This document shows, in pieces, positions 26,235-39,910 of a DNA stretch of 64,000 nucleotides (positions are counted from its first letter, which is position 1; each line of letters begins with the position of its first letter). Source of the DNA: Vicugna vicugna (Eukaryota); assembly GCA_013265495.1 (NCBI GenBank), contig MU057403.1, forward strand, positions 429,481 to 493,480, read 5' to 3'. Under the pieces are notes generated by a model. That model worked only from the letters and a program-made list of their open reading frames with translations, made no database searches and was not told the DNA's origin. The translations under genes were made by a program, and so were the position numbers.

Positions 26235-28700
26235 TTTCATTTTTTCAATGAATTTTTATTATTAATGTGCCAGGAAGGTGCTTGGTGCTGGAGATACGGC
26301 AGGGAGGTGACGGACCAAAGCTCCGCCCTCTTGGGTAGATAAGTAGTGATAAGTAGCATGCGAAAATAGAAAGTCAGTGCTAGAAATGGGAGTAGGCAAA
26401 GTCACTTTGAGGGGATGACATCTGAGTTAAGACCTAAAGGATGAGAGGTAATGTTCAAGGCAGAGGGGACCGTGAGGGCCCAGATGCTAGTTTGGCGTGT
26501 TCAAGAAGCAGAAAGAAGGGAATGTGGAGGGCAGGGGGGAGATGCAGGGAGAATCGTGAGACAGCTGGTGAGTCAGACAACCGTGTAGGATGCTGGCCTT
26601 GGTGACGACTTTGAGTTTTATTCCAATAATAAGTGAAATCACTGAAGAGTGTTGAGCAAGGGGACAACAAAACATGATTTACATTTTGAAAAGTTTCCTC
26701 TGGTAGGTGCATGGAGAATGGATGGCAGTGGGGCAAAAATGGAGACAGAAAGGCAGGTTCGGAAGCCCTGGCTCCAGTCTAGACAAGAGAAGATGTGCCA
26801 TGGGCTGCAGTGATGGAAGCAGAGGTAAGGAGACGTGGATGGATCTGGGGCAGAGCTGCCAAAAGACTGGATGGAGGAGATAAGAGATGAGGAGAGAGCA
26901 AGGGGGATACAGTTTTGGCTTGAGCAGCTCATTGCCATTCACTGAGATGGGGAAGCCTGGAAAAGGAAGTCAGGGGTGTCATTTTGGAACCCCTACATTT
27001 GGCAAGACTATTAGGTGTCCAGGAGAGACCATCAGATAGGCACTGGGACTGTTTAAATGCATCTGGAGCTGAAGAGAGAGGTCAGAACTGCACGTATAAA
27101 TTCAGATGTGATGGCCAGAGAGGGACAGTGTTCAAAGCCAAGGAATGGGATGAGATCACTTAGCACTAGAAATAGCTGGAGAAGAGAAGATGAACTTTGC
27201 AGGAGCAAGTTCTAAGGCATGCCAGTATTTAGAGGTTTGAAAGAGGAGTAGGAGCCAGCAGAGGAGAACCAGGAGGGTGTGACGTAGTGGATCTGAGAAT
27301 AAGAGTTTACAGGGAGGAGAGTGGTCACCTGGGTCAGATCATGCTGGAAAATGGAAGGAGATGAGAAAAGAGACGTGCCCATTGAATTTGGAGCGTGGAA
27401 GATGTTGAAAGTTTGAGGTAAGCAGTTTTAGCCAGATATGAGTGGTCTAATGAGTGAATACATTGTTGGCAAAGGGGAGGCAGGGATTTTAGATAGTTCT
27501 TTGAGAATTAGTGTTTCAAAGGGAGGTAGAAAATTGAGTTGGGAGATGGAGAAGGACTATGGAGTCAAGGGAGGAGAATGTTTAAATTCTGGTAAGAATG
27601 ATCCCGAGAAGAGACTGGTTATGCAAAAGGAGAGACGAGTGGGTCAGTGACATTCTTATGAAATGATACAGGCTGGGATCAGAGCACGTTGGGGAGGGGC
27701 TACTGGCTTTTGATGGGAGCAAAGGACTATTTTCTGTTGTAACTCATGGTTAGAGAAGATGAGCAGTGTTCAGCACTGATTTGTGTCTTCACCAACTGTA
27801 TGCTGAAGCCCTAAGCTCCCCCGACCCCAACGTGTGACTGTATTTAGGGACAGAGTCTTTAGGGAGCTAATTAAGGTTAAGTGAGGTCATCAGCATGGAG
27901 CTCCAACGCAGTGGGACTGGTGCCTTTGTAAAAAGAGGAGGAGACACCAGAGAGCTCTCTCCTCACGGGCACGAACAGAAAAATGGCCACGAGGACACGG
28001 TGAGATGGTGACTTATCTGCAAGCCAGGAAGAGAGGTCTTACCAGAAGCCAATCCCGATGGCCCCTCGATTTTGGACTTGTAGCCTCCAGGACTATGAAA
28101 AAATTAACGTCTGTTGTTTAAGCCACCAGCCTCTGGTATGGTTATGGCAGACAAATGGAAGCACAGAAGGTAAGAGGGTCTTGATACAGTGGAATATGTA
28201 TGAAGGGGCTACCCTTTGTGGGCTTCTGTTTTCCCAGTGAAGTGCAAGGTAAGGCCATCAGCTGAGAGGGAGCCCAGGGAGTAGGGGGTGTAGGAGGTTG
28301 GGGCAGAGAGAAGAAATGAAGTGATGATTTTGAAAGAGAGTGAAATTTAGTAGGGACACATTATAAGATTGGCAGTTATTACTAAATGCCCATTTAAAGT
28401 CTGCAGAGCTGAATTTAAAGTGAAATCATCCAGCAGAGTTATATAATTTTTCTCCAGAGGTAGTTGGCTGATCTGGGGTGGGGGGTCATCCCATTTGGTA
28501 GAGTCGGGTACACAGGGCTCTGAATTTGCCAGACAAGAGTGACAGAGAGAGAGGCAAGAGAATTAAGAGGGTTTTTTGAGGGTGTGAGTCGAAGGAAGGA
28601 GGGAAAGAAAACACATAGGATGTATGTGTTGGAGGAGGTCTCAATGAGATTAAAGAATTATTGCAGAGCAAATATTAGAGTAAGTGAGCTGGACAAACAG
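26235..28700 (-). mobile_element. Long L2 LINE remnant interrupted by an MLT1 LTR
   Basis: ttattattaatgtgccagg...gtgctggagatac, gacatctgagttaagacctaaaggatgagag, tgccattcactgagatggggaag; similar purine-rich antisense L2 sequence resumes after 28160. Confidence 0.85.
27767..28152 (+). mobile_element. MLT1 (A/B-like) MaLR solo LTR
   Basis: gtgactgtatttagggacagagtctttaggga.taattaaggttaagtgaggtcat; tggacttgtagcctccaggactatga...ctgttgtttaagccacc. Confidence 0.9.
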
Positions 28701-29542
28701 AATATATTAGATTAACAGCAATAAATTATATTTACTATATGAAACTGGTGATAAAAATATTTGGCAGCGTTGTTCCAGAGATTAAATGTAAATACTTGGT
28801 AGACTATAAAGTGAATTATCCTGGTATTATCCAGCCCAGTAGACTGAAGTAATGTAATAGATAATATCTTGATTTCCTTAAGGCATTCCACTATAGCTGT
28901 CATTCATAAGCTAGATTAATGGATGGCTGCGTAATTGCATCGCAAATTGTTGATTCTGTTTATTTTTAGCTCCGTGCCTACTCCCTTGGCAAAATGGTCA
29001 GTACTTCCATGTCAGACAACCCGTAAGTGAGAAGTTTCAGGTCGGGACACAGGCTAAGTAGGGCTTCTGGTGTTTTCCAGAAGCCAGCAATGACTAGACG
29101 GAAAAGATGTCAAAGAATCATCATTTTAATTTCAGGAATCTTAAGCAAAGTGTTGCAGGAGCACTGAAGAAATGTACGCAGGCTGTACTTTCTGTATTTA
29201 GAGTTGCTCAGGCAGAATGAGACTGTGATAAGACTTGTAAATTCCAAATTACATTCAATTGTATCTCATAGAGAGATTTAAGAAGTTGAGAAAATATGTA
29301 TTATTACTGGGAAAAAAAAACAGAAGAGTCGAGGGAAAAAAATGATAAGTAGTTGAATTAGATGGAAGCATTCATAGCCTAAGGAAAAACCCACAGCTAT
29401 AATAAAAATCATCATTCCAAATATTGTATTTCTTGAATTAACAAATACATTCAAGTTTTGGTAGAATTGAAAAGAAAGAATGTTAGATAACAAAATGCTA
29501 ACATTGTGTGGGCATTTATCTCAACTTCTTGGTTCTCTTACA

Positions 29543-30013
29543 CAGGCAGACCTCATTTTATTGAACTCCACAGGTTTTTGCATTTATTAAAAATTGAAGG
29601 TTTGTGGCAGCTCTGCTGAGCAAGTCTGTTGGCGCCATTTTTGCAACAGCATTGGCGCACTTCATGTCTCTGTGTCACATTTTGGTGATTCTCACAATAT
29701 TTCAAACTTTTTCATGATGATTGTATTTGCTATGGTGGTCTGTGATCAGGGGTCTTTGATATTACCCCTGTGACTTGCTGAAGGCTCAGATGATGGTTAG
29801 CATTTTTTTTGCAGTGAAGTACTTTTTAATTTAAAAAGTGTGTACTTTTTTTTTAGACATAATGCTATTGCAAACTTGATAGACAACAGTACAGTGTAGG
29901 CATAACTTTTATAAACACTGAGAAACCAAAAACTTTGTGTGACTTACTTTATTGGATAATCGCTTTATTTGGGGGTCAGAAACCAAGCCCACAGTATCTC
30001 CGAGGTATGCCTG
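29543..30013 (+). mobile_element. Tigger1 internal-deletion derivative (non-autonomous DNA transposon)
   Basis: Terminal inverted repeats caggcagacctc / gaggtatgcctg followed by TA; both Tigger1 ends joined near 29768 with no transposase. Confidence 0.92.
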
Positions 30014-32687
30014 TATTCACATACACTTAATGCCTGTAAAATTCTTGTAGATAAAGTTCCCTGAAGGTCTGTATATCAGGAAAATGAACGTTCAGACCAA
30101 AGGAAGACACTTTGGCGCAGCTGTTTCGATGCAGCAGTGGTTGGGTCCCCTGGGCTCAAATTAAGGATCCACAGCCAAATGGTCCCCACTCAGGGTCATC
30201 CTGTTCGTGGCCTTCTTAGCTCACACCTTGGCCCCTGCCTGTGGCCTGACACTTATGGAGGAATGAGGGCTCACATGGGGGCTTGAGGAACCCATTTCTC
30301 TCCAAAACTTGGCACCTGCTTCAGAGGCCAGCTCCCGACTTTAGGGCCTTGGCTTAGATGACTGACTTCTCTGACTCTCAGTGCGGGGGCCTGGGGCTGG
30401 CTTGGCGGGGGGTCAGGTGACGGGGTGGGGTGAGGCTCTGGGAGGCCAGAGCTGAAGGTGGACAGAGGACACATGTTGTCCAGGGCAAGAGGAGCCAATA
30501 GTGGTGCTGTAGTGTGGTCACAGTCATTGCGACCCATGGCCAAGAGAGATCCCCACGGTGAAAAGTGAGAAAGGCCAGTCTATCCAGTGGAGTTGGGGGG
30601 AAGTTGAGAGTTGGGTGATGTAGGCACCAGAAGTGGAGGAAGAGGGGCTGGAGCAGCTCTGGAGGCTCCAAGTCGTTGCAGTACTAGACTAGACCAGAAT
30701 GGGGCTCTCGTTGCCAGCAGGGTTGGATAGGAGGGCAGAAAAACATTCCTTAAGGACACACTTTTAAATGCAAATATGTTCATTGTGAAGTGGGAGCCGT
30801 TAAAAGCTCATTAGAACTCCTTACCATGTATGATCCTACTCACAAACTCTAGTTTTTCGGAAGAGTCAGAAATGGGAACGAGGAATTAGTCAACCAGCAA
30901 GAATGAATATCCTCCCGGGGAGGGGGAGGAGGGGCTTTAAAGGAGAACCGGGATGTGGCAGGAAAGAGGTCCTGTCATAAACGGAGACAGAGCCCATCAA
31001 CTCTGCCCAGTTACAAAAAATTCCTAACCAGACGCAGCAGCTCTGATTTAACTAGGTTCCTATTGTTCCAAATTTTCAGTGAGATAACAGCAGGACACTT
31101 TATCAGCTGGGAGATTGTAAATATGAAGATACGAGATTAATACACGTTCATGTAATCAAGAGTTCAGTTTTGTTGAGTAGGTTTATTGCTCCTGAGTTTC
31201 GTGGAATGAGACTTGATTGACTGCTTGCTCAGCCGCCAACACCTCATTCGAGTAACTGTATTTCCTCTTTTCAAGGATTTTTAATTACGTTGTGCTGTTT
31301 CCTTGTTGAATTTCATGTGTAATTATATTGCTCCATTTTGAGATGGACTGGTTTCCTACGACACTCATAACCCTACCCAATTATGGTTTACCTAAGCACA
31401 GTAAATCTGGTTAGCTAGTTTCCATATGCTTTCATTCATTATTAATGAGAATATTTGGGCATCATTTTAAATGCACTAAAATCTCAATTAAATAGAATGA
31501 ACAGAGACTGGGCTCTTCTGGTTAATTAAGTCTTGTAATTAGCTGGGGGGTTAATCGGAAGATCCTTTTGGTTCTAATTCTTCCTGTTGACATTTTTTTT
31601 TTTCCTAGAATTTTATTTTACTTTTTCTGACCAGCTCTGGAATCTGTTTTTCCCTGGATAAGTTATAATCTCGAAGTATCTCAGGTTCGTTGATCATTTA
31701 TGCATTCATCCATTTGTGCAAACTTACTGGGAGGGGGCTACTAACAGATGAGGAAGACACAATTATGTCAAAGACAGATGTAAAAATGTATAACAGGGAA
31801 CTGAGGGGAAATTCTGGAAGTTGCTTTTTGAACAAATTCTAGTTTATAGTTTTTTCATCATTGTTTTACACAATATGAGCCATAGAAAAAATCTTTATTG
31901 ATAGCAGGATCCTAGCATGTTTTCTGTTGACTGAGTGAAGTAGGTCCCCTCTTTGCCCTTCAGAATTTCAAAAATCATTGTTATTCTGTGATAGATCATC
32001 ATGATTTTGCCTCCTCTTACATTTATAAAATTGCTGTAGTGAGATGAGACATTCCACCTGCTGTTTTTTATTTTATTATGACATATTCTTCTCCCCATTT
32101 TATTTCATAATTCAAGGGCCCCCAAATGTCTGCACATGATTTCTGAAATTTTTTTTTTTTGCACTGGTTTTCCTTCTGATAACACTAACCTGAATTCCGC
32201 AAGTAAACTCAAACAGCCTTTAAAAGAGCCGCGGGTTTTGAAGAGATCAGTCAATTAGGAGTTTGCTCGCTGTCCAGATGTGTTCAGTGACTGGCTTTTG
32301 GCGTGTTTGTGTTTTGATAGCATGTAACTTCCTGCAGCCTCCACGTTGCCTGAGCAACTTCGCCACTTTGGCATGCCGTCTCAGCATCAGCTTTCATTGC
32401 TTCAGAGTTTCCTTGCTCTGATGATCAGAAGCCATTGTGCCACCCTATTAAACTTTTTTTTTTTTTGAGGAAGAGTCTGTATGTAAAATTCTCCACACGA
32501 TGTCCCCAGTCTTTGAACCTAATGTTACCAGTTGGGATCTGCTCACCCACCAGGCAGCAAAGCTAATCTGCTGCCACCGGGTTGTGGTGAGAGGAATACA
32601 GCATTTACTGCAGGGCGCCAAGCAAGGAGCGCGGGCAGATAATGCTCCAAATACCTGGACTCCTTGATGGCTTTCTGATGGCAGGGG

Positions 32688-32888
32688 CTTTTCTTTTTAT
32701 TTTTTAAATTTTCTTTTTAAAATTATTTTTAAAACACTTTACTTATTTTTATTGGTATTTGTTTGGGAGGAAGGTAATTAAGCTTATTTATTTACTTATT
32801 TATTTTAATGGAGATACGGGGGATTGAACCGAGGACCTCATGCATGCTAAGCATACACTCTACTGCTGGGCTATAATCCTCCCTCCCT
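32688..32888 (-). mobile_element. Vic-1-like SINE nested in LTR
   Basis: ggtaattaagcttatttatt...ggggattgaaccgaggacctcatgcatgctaagcatacactctactgctgggctata. Confidence 0.9.
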
Positions 32889-33147
32889 CTCAGGGAAGGA
32901 TTTTTAAAGGCAACATCTGGGGCGAGGGGTGCCGCATGCATGTCTTTCTTCTGATTGGCTGATGGAAAGGTAACAGGGTAGTGTTTGAGGAATCACAGTC
33001 ATCGACCTCCTGGTGCCAACCAGGCTGGGGTCTGCGTGCTTGTGCTCAGCTTGGAGTCACCATCCTCCACCTGGGTGGGGGTGGGTCTTAGTTCCCGAAG
33101 AACAACTCAGAGATACCCTTCAGACTGTTATCTGGAGGAGGAACAAG

Positions 33148-33729
33148 GGAAGGAGGAACAGTAAAATGGCCACACTTAGGCTAACAGATTCTTACCTTTA
33201 TGCTTGCCCTTAAAACGGTCAACTAACCTGACTGACCAGTTGCTACTCACAGCTCCAGGCCCACAGTTAAGACTAAAGCTATTGATCTTACTGTTTCTAC
33301 TTTATTCCCGTAATCAAAAGTTATAATCGTGCTTGGCTTCTGAGTTGTTCTTCTCCAGGTAGAAGGTCATGGAACCGTAACCCTGCAAAAACAGGCTAAA
33401 TCATCAAAAAACCCATGCCACAGGCATTTGCAAGATGAAGAGATTGAGAAAGTGACAGTCGCTAGCCTCTGTAGGATTGTCTGCCTGGAGACACCATGAT
33501 GTCGCGCTAAACCTTATGACAGGAAAATGATTTTGCTCATTGTTATCAATGTTTTATTGTTTGAGCTATGGCTGTGTAACCACCCTGCCCCATCCCCAAG
33601 GTGGGTTCACTGTTTTGAAGGCGCTAGCCTGCTCTGGGTCCCCTTTGTCTCTTTTCTTCTATGCTTTAAGACCCTGTCTCTGAGTTTCAATTTGGCTCAT
33701 CACGGATGAGGGCCGATCTTTTGGCAGCA
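33148..33729 (+). mobile_element. Second solo LTR nested in the first, 4-bp TSD caag
   Basis: caag at 33144-33147 and 33730-33733; ends ...gccgatcttttggcagca; a 4-bp TSD is typical of ERV1. Confidence 0.65.
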
Positions 33730-34409
33730 CAAGGACTCTGACCCTGAACCCTTATCATTACTTTCCTTGTTTAACTGTTTTTTCCTTGGTTTCTGTGTTC
33801 CCTCACCCCCCAGTTAGTACCTGAGTGTGCCTACTCTTTGGAACTCAGGGAAGCCCTAGGAGACTAAAGCCTTTTTCTGCAAACAAGAAATGGGGAATTC
33901 AGAGGGGCTTTTATACCCAGGAGGGCCCCACAAAGTTTCACCAATGCCTTCTTGAAAATGAGTATGCAATATGAATATATAAACATGAGCTATGGACTTA
34001 CAGGTTATAAGATGGCTTCCACTCTTTGGTGGTTAAACTTATTTTATAGCTGTTGTTATGGTTCTAATACTTAAGCATTTTTAAGTTCTCAAGTATTATC
34101 CAGTGCCATGTGGCTATCTCAAACACTATCCTGGAGTCATTATGGAATACGGATAAAAGTTATTTTCTCGTTAATGGTCTTATTTCAGAATTCACTTCTC
34201 CAAGTTTGTTGGAAGAAATATTTAGTTGACAGAGAAATTTCTTCCTTTATTTTTTGGTTGGGATAAAGAACTGTTTGATTGGGACTTTGACTTGGTTTGA
34301 GTGGGATTACATAGCTAGTATGGGCACTGAAACATGGATTTTTATCTGATATGTTCGAGTTATTTCCAACTCATGTCCTTTGACTTTCTCTCAGAAGAGG
34401 CTGAATCAA

Positions 34410-34545
34410 TATGGATGGTCCTGAAGATTGTCATTCTAAGTGAAGTAGGCCGGAAAGAGAAAGAAAAAAAAATGCCATATGACATCATTTATATGAGGAA
34501 TCTAAAAAATAATAACAATAACAATAAGGACACAAATGAACTACG
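34410..34545 (+). mobile_element. L1 ORF2-end fragment
   Basis: atggatggtcctgaagattgtcattctaagtgaagtaggccggaaagagaaagaaaa...ccatatgacatc. Confidence 0.8.
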
Positions 34546-35314
34546 TATTATTTATAACTAAGATGGTGGATTTCTTAAATATGTGTAAGCACATCTGACT
34601 GTCCTTCTTGATTAGATTATTGCATTCTGTTGATTCTTATTTTGTGGTTGGCATTATTCCTTTGATAACTATGTAAGTTTAAAAGCTAAAGCACTAATCT
34701 GTTCTTAGAAACAATCATCAGTACATATATGTAAACTAAAAAAAATGTGCAGTATACTGTATATATGCATTTGCAATTTAATGTGTTTGTGCAGTCAAAC
34801 TGTAATAATTCTACCTAGTAAAACTGAAAAAGGAAAAAAAAAAAAAAAGCTGCAGCCTCCAATTATCATCCCATTTGCTTGAATGATGCCCAGTGGAGGG
34901 CTGAATTTGGTGGGCGGGTCAAGCCTGAGTGGAAGTGTTAGCAACAAAGGGGGCTACTTGTGTGTTTTCTGTAGCAGAGCTCCTGGGGGGCATGAATCCT
35001 GCATGTGACTCAGAAAAGCAATTATGTTAAAAATTCTCCGTTCCACAAATCTCCTCTTAGATTGTTTCCTTTGTGGAGCACTTCATCTGGGAAAAACCAA
35101 ACCAAAACAAAACCAAAAACCCACCTCTTGTTCATTACATGGTAATTTAGCTTGTTTTACTCTTGTAGATTTTCAAAGTGTTTCTTTCTTTTTCCCACTA
35201 ATGCTTCTGGCTGTAAGACCCACCCCCATGTCTTGAAAGTTTTACTCTAGGCTGTTACAAAACTATCAGGGCAGATGAATTTGATCCATGAAGTTTTAAG
35301 ACTTCGTGACACAG

Positions 35315-35470
35315 AGCGTGAGCCTCAGTCCAGCAGGAGTGGCGTCACCTGGAAGCTGGCTAGAAATGCAGACGAGCAGGTCCCATCCCGGAGCTGCTGC
35401 ACCAGAATCTGCATGTTAGTAAATTTCCCAGGCAATTCCCGGGCACATCACAGTTTGAGAAGGACTGCTT
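35315..35470. mobile_element. MER5-like DNA transposon fossil
   Basis: gtcacctggaagctggctagaaatgcagac...cagaatctgcatgttag...agtttgagaaggactg. Confidence 0.8.
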
Positions 35471-36107
35471 CAAGAGGCCGCCTGTGGCAGTGACAGCCAC
35501 CGTGAGGACTCCTACTGAGGGCTGCTTGTGTGGGCTCTCTGTTCCAGTCACTGTACTGAGTGTTTTAATGCATTTTCAGTCATAAACTTTGCATCAGATC
35601 TATTGGGGAGATAATATTATCTCCATTTTGCACACAAAGCTGAAAGCATGGGGGTGCTAAATAATTTCTAAGGGGCTAAGCATGTAGTGCGTAGCGGGGC
35701 ACCTGAACTGTGCTCAGTTTGCCACCGAAGTTTATCCTCTTTGTCAGGGTAATCTTTATTCAGTTTACAAGTGCTTCTGGCACTCTCATTCAGAGTGTTG
35801 AAAGATAACTTTAATAAAAAGGTAAAATCATGTCTCTTCTACAGATAGGAAAAGGACTGCTCTTTAAAGAGATTATTTAACTCATCAGTGAGAGAAGACT
35901 GGCAAAATGTTAAAACCAGTTCAAAGGAACAGACACATTTCTAGATCAGGGATATTGAGATGAACCTGCCAAGGGAGGTAAAACAGACCTTCTGGCTGTG
36001 CGGGAGGGATGTGTCTCCACTGGACACAGCTCATTTGCATACCTGTAGACAAGGGTGGTTTTATGTTGCTATCCCTTACCTACAGTGTATAGAGTTCAAA
36101 ACAGCTC

Positions 36108-36715
36108 TGTTAAAGGAAAAGTTATCCATGACACTTGTTAAAACGATAAGGCAGACTATTCAGTTCTGTTGCAATAGGTGTAGAGACTGCTGCAATGGAG
36201 TTTTTAAAGGTTTAAATTTTTTTTTAACTAAAAAAATTTTGGGAGAGGTAATTAGGTTTATCTGTGTATTCATTTATTTTTTTAACGGAGGTGCTGGGTA
36301 TTGAACCCAAGAGCATGCACTCTTACCGCTGAGCTATACCCTCCCCACTGCAATGGAGTTTTGCAGTAGGGGAGAAAGATTGGACCAACTCTGAATACAG
36401 CAAGAAAATGTGGGAATTTATAGCCAATGAACAGGGCGAGGGGCAGTGGAAGAAGCATCAAAGGTGTAAGGGGCGATTCTGTCCAAACCGGCCTGATAAG
36501 ACTCTTGCTGAAGGCAGACCAGGGTGATTGGATATCACCTGGGGGATGGCGGGGATTGAGGAATTTGGTCAACTATCCAGGGTGATCATACATGGAGTGC
36601 TGACTTAGCAGGGTTCTTGTGGAATTGGGGTGCTTAAGGACACACCCACAAATGGAGCCTAGTTAAAACAGACCTCAGAGGAGCCTGAGTTTGGTCAAGG
36701 AGAGAATCTTTGTCA
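36108..36715 (-). mobile_element. MER31-like ERV1 solo LTR containing a SINE
   Basis: Reverse strand begins tgacaaagattctctccttgaccaaactcaggctcct; flanks gctc / gttc form a 4-bp TSD with one mismatch. Confidence 0.85.
36205..36346 (-). mobile_element. Vic-1-like SINE with perfect 15-bp TSD and internal deletion
   Basis: TSD ctgcaatggagtttt at 36190-36204 and 36348-36362; lacks the gacctcgtgcatgcta segment present in other copies. Confidence 0.93.
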
Positions 36716-36814
36716 GTTCCTGTAGACTAAAGAGTCAGGTAACCTACAGTGGCAGGTGCTGTGGACAATGACTGGCTCTCCATTGAAAGACAATTTTTTC
36801 CCTCTAAGGGAAGG

Positions 36815-37055
36815 TTGAATAGCTCAGTGGCTAAGAACACAGACACGTGGTGTCTGGATTTGAAACTCTACTCCACTTCTGACTAACAGAGTGACTTTCT
36901 GTACGCCGTTTCATCTTCCAGTGCCTTATTTCCCTCATCTATAGAATGGGCACAGTCCCTGTCTTGTGTATTCATTGGAGTAAATGAGATGACACGTGTA
37001 TAAAGTTTGAAACAATACCTGGCACCTAATGACCATCTACTAGATGTTACTGTTA
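36815..37055 (+). mobile_element. MIR SINE
   Basis: tagctcagtggctaagaacacagac...cctcatctatagaatggg...taaatgagatgacacgtgtataaag...acctggcacctaa. Confidence 0.8.
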
Positions 37056-39629
37056 CGATCTTCATGCATAACCAGGAAAGCAAAGCAGAATCAGGGAATG
37101 TGGCTATTAGTATTAAAAATATACTTAGTTTATCCAAGGTTTTCAAATACAAAGCATATTAAAGAAAGACCAGAATAACCTTGGCTCTACCAAGTGGGAA
37201 AATGTTGGAGGTGGGTTTAAAAAGACTTTTAGACAGACTGCATTGAGACCAATTCCACCCTAAGTCTACACTTTTGAGTTGATCTCAAGCCCCTAAAGAT
37301 CTCATACTTAAGAACCAATGAAATGAGACACAAATGGTCCAGTATTAGTCACTTTTTTTCTTCCATTTGTTTCCAATCTGCTCCTGCTTTATTTTATCTC
37401 TACTTTGACCCTGCTCTTGCCCATCTGGATTTGACGTTTTAATAAGTCTCCATATCAGACTTGTCCTTTTGGACCAGTCTTCTCTTTACTTCAACCTGCT
37501 TAGATAAGTCAGTGCTTCCTGAGTGCTTCAAAGGACCTTACACCTACACCAGGTCCACCTGTTCCCCTTGAGGAAGCTGTGGAGTGAACGGGACTGAAAT
37601 TCAGACTAAGTGAATGTCTCTTAGGTTCATTACTACTGACCCTTCCTTTAATGTTATAGTGATGGGCAGTGTTACTGTGAATGGTTTGGGGAAAATCGTG
37701 TGCTTCGATGAATAAGTTTGCATTGTTCAGAGAACACAGCTCTGAGTTTCCCGATTCTAATTCTCCTGGAAGCAGTTTTACAACTCTGAAGGCTGTAGTT
37801 AAGTCAGAGTAACACAAAATAATTCTTGTCTATAAATATGCAAATTATGTCCTATCTGGTGGAGGTCCAGTGGACCTCCCTCCGTTTGCACATTTCAGTA
37901 TTCCTAATCTATAAATGTGTCTATTCTGCGGATTCTCCTTTGAACTGGTTCCCTCATGATGAGTAAAATAAAATAATGTGTGTTCATTTTAGATCTATCT
38001 TTCAACAATGGTAGAGGGGCCAGAATACTTCAGGGTAACTGAGTTAGTAGTAAAGAGCTAGCTAATTAATATTTATCAAGGGTAACCAAAGACAGGTCAA
38101 AGTTAAGGCAAAAAACCAGGTTAGCAGAGATTATTTGCAGAAAGGCCTGCAGTTTAAGGTGGCTGCAGTGTTTATGTTTAAAGGAGTGAAGTTCTATGTT
38201 GTCATTTAAAAAGCAGTTCCTGTATTCTTTGAATTAAGTGACAACCACCACAACACAGATTTATGGTTTCTTGAAATTAATATGATGGTGGGAAATAGCC
38301 AGCATCCCTTCTGCAAACTCAGCGTGGTAAGTGTCTGCTCATTTGTCTGTCCTCCTCCCCGGACTCTTCACTCCAAGCAAAAGGACACTGTTTTGGCCAC
38401 TGTCCTTTCTCCAGTAGCCCCTGTTCTCTGTGGCACAGATGCCTGGTGAGTGACTGAACAAAGAGGCAGGCTGGGGTCTGCCCCTCATCTCTGTGGGCAC
38501 CAAGACTTGATTTTGCCAGTTCTTGAGTATGATTGGTATTTCAAAGGCAGACTTATGCTAACCAAACTCATAAGAGGGTGATTTATAAACCTGAAAATTA
38601 ATTTGTCAATTAAAGAGAGCAATCCAACTATCCCAGTGGGCTGGGATGCTTGCCTTTCTCCTTCAGGGAAATTACACACCAGGAGGGTGCACATTCTAAT
38701 TAAATGTTTGCTTGATGAGCTTGAAGTGAACACAGTTGGCCACTGTCCCCTCTATCCTGGAGCTAGCAGGCCAGTTGTTACACCAATCTATGGGGGGGGG
38801 TTCCTCTGATGATCAGGGATGCCCTCCTGGCTCTTCAGTGCCTCTTCCCAGGAATGGGGAAGGAGCGTGAGCGGTACATATATGGATGGATTCCTCTTCT
38901 TTGGGCTTTCCATTTTTAGCCTGTATTCCCCATCTGTTAAGAAATTCTTTCTTCAGAGACATTAAAATTAATTCACTTTTAAGCTTTTCATTTAGATTCT
39001 CAATTCAGATTTGTCCCCTTTCTGGCCACTGTAAATAGAACTTGGATGTTCTTGAAACTCCTTGGTCACTTACAAGCAAATTATTCTTTGGGATGTTTGA
39101 CTTGTCCAGGGGGCTGATTGCATGATTGCACTAATTACAAGGCATGCTCAGAAGGTGACATTAACTCTGTGTTTTAGAGGTCCTTGTGAATACCCACTAA
39201 ATACTGGTGACATTACTTGCAGGGATTGAACCACTGGTTTTATTTAAGAGACATTCTTTGCATTATCAGGGCCTTGGTTATTATTATTTTGCAGTAGCCG
39301 TTGTAGTCTCCAAAGCTTCTTGCTATTTTGTGAAATCCTGCCAGTCGGTTTTCAGCTCAAGTCTGACTTACGAGGAGAGCATTTCTAAAAAGCAGATCAG
39401 CCGCAAGATAACAGTGATGGCAGAGATGCTTGTTTTTTGTGTATCTTTTCCCCTCAATCTTATTAAAGATTTTTTCCCCCTGACTTACTGAAGTGATGAA
39501 AATGTGCCTGAAGGCTTGGTTGCCAGACCAAACAGATAAATTCTATAATTATGTAATAAAAGCAGGCAGCATCCACAATAAAAGACTTGCAAGGAATGGA
39601 AAAAGAGGAATTTGTACCATTCAATGACT

Positions 39630-39910
39630 AGCAAACTGTCAGTAAAAGGTGAGACTGGAATCATGGTCAGGGGCCAGCTTGTGCATGGCTCAGCCAAGGA
39701 GCATGTCTTGAGGCTGATAGAGAGGTCACGGAAGGTCCTGAGCAGGGAAATGACAAGATCAAACTTGCACATGAGACTGCCCGCCTTGGGGGCCATGAGG
39801 ATGGAGCAGAAGGGAAAAAAGGTTGGTTGAGATGTTCCGAGGAGACAGGCAGGCTGAGAAGACAAGAGGTCTAGAGAGTGTCCTGGGGAATACTGTAACT
39901 GGATGCCAAT
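39630..39910 (-). mobile_element. L2 fragment
   Basis: gaaggtcctgagcagggaaatgacaagatcaaacttgcac, gagacaggcaggctgagaagac. Confidence 0.65.

Larger units (their letters stand above)
32523..33940 (-). mobile_element. ERV1-type solo LTR hosting a SINE and a second LTR
   Basis: Termini tgttacc...agtttca; LTR-like body (cagcatttactgcagggcgccaagcaaggag; ttctgattggctgatgg) continues across both inserts. Confidence 0.75.
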
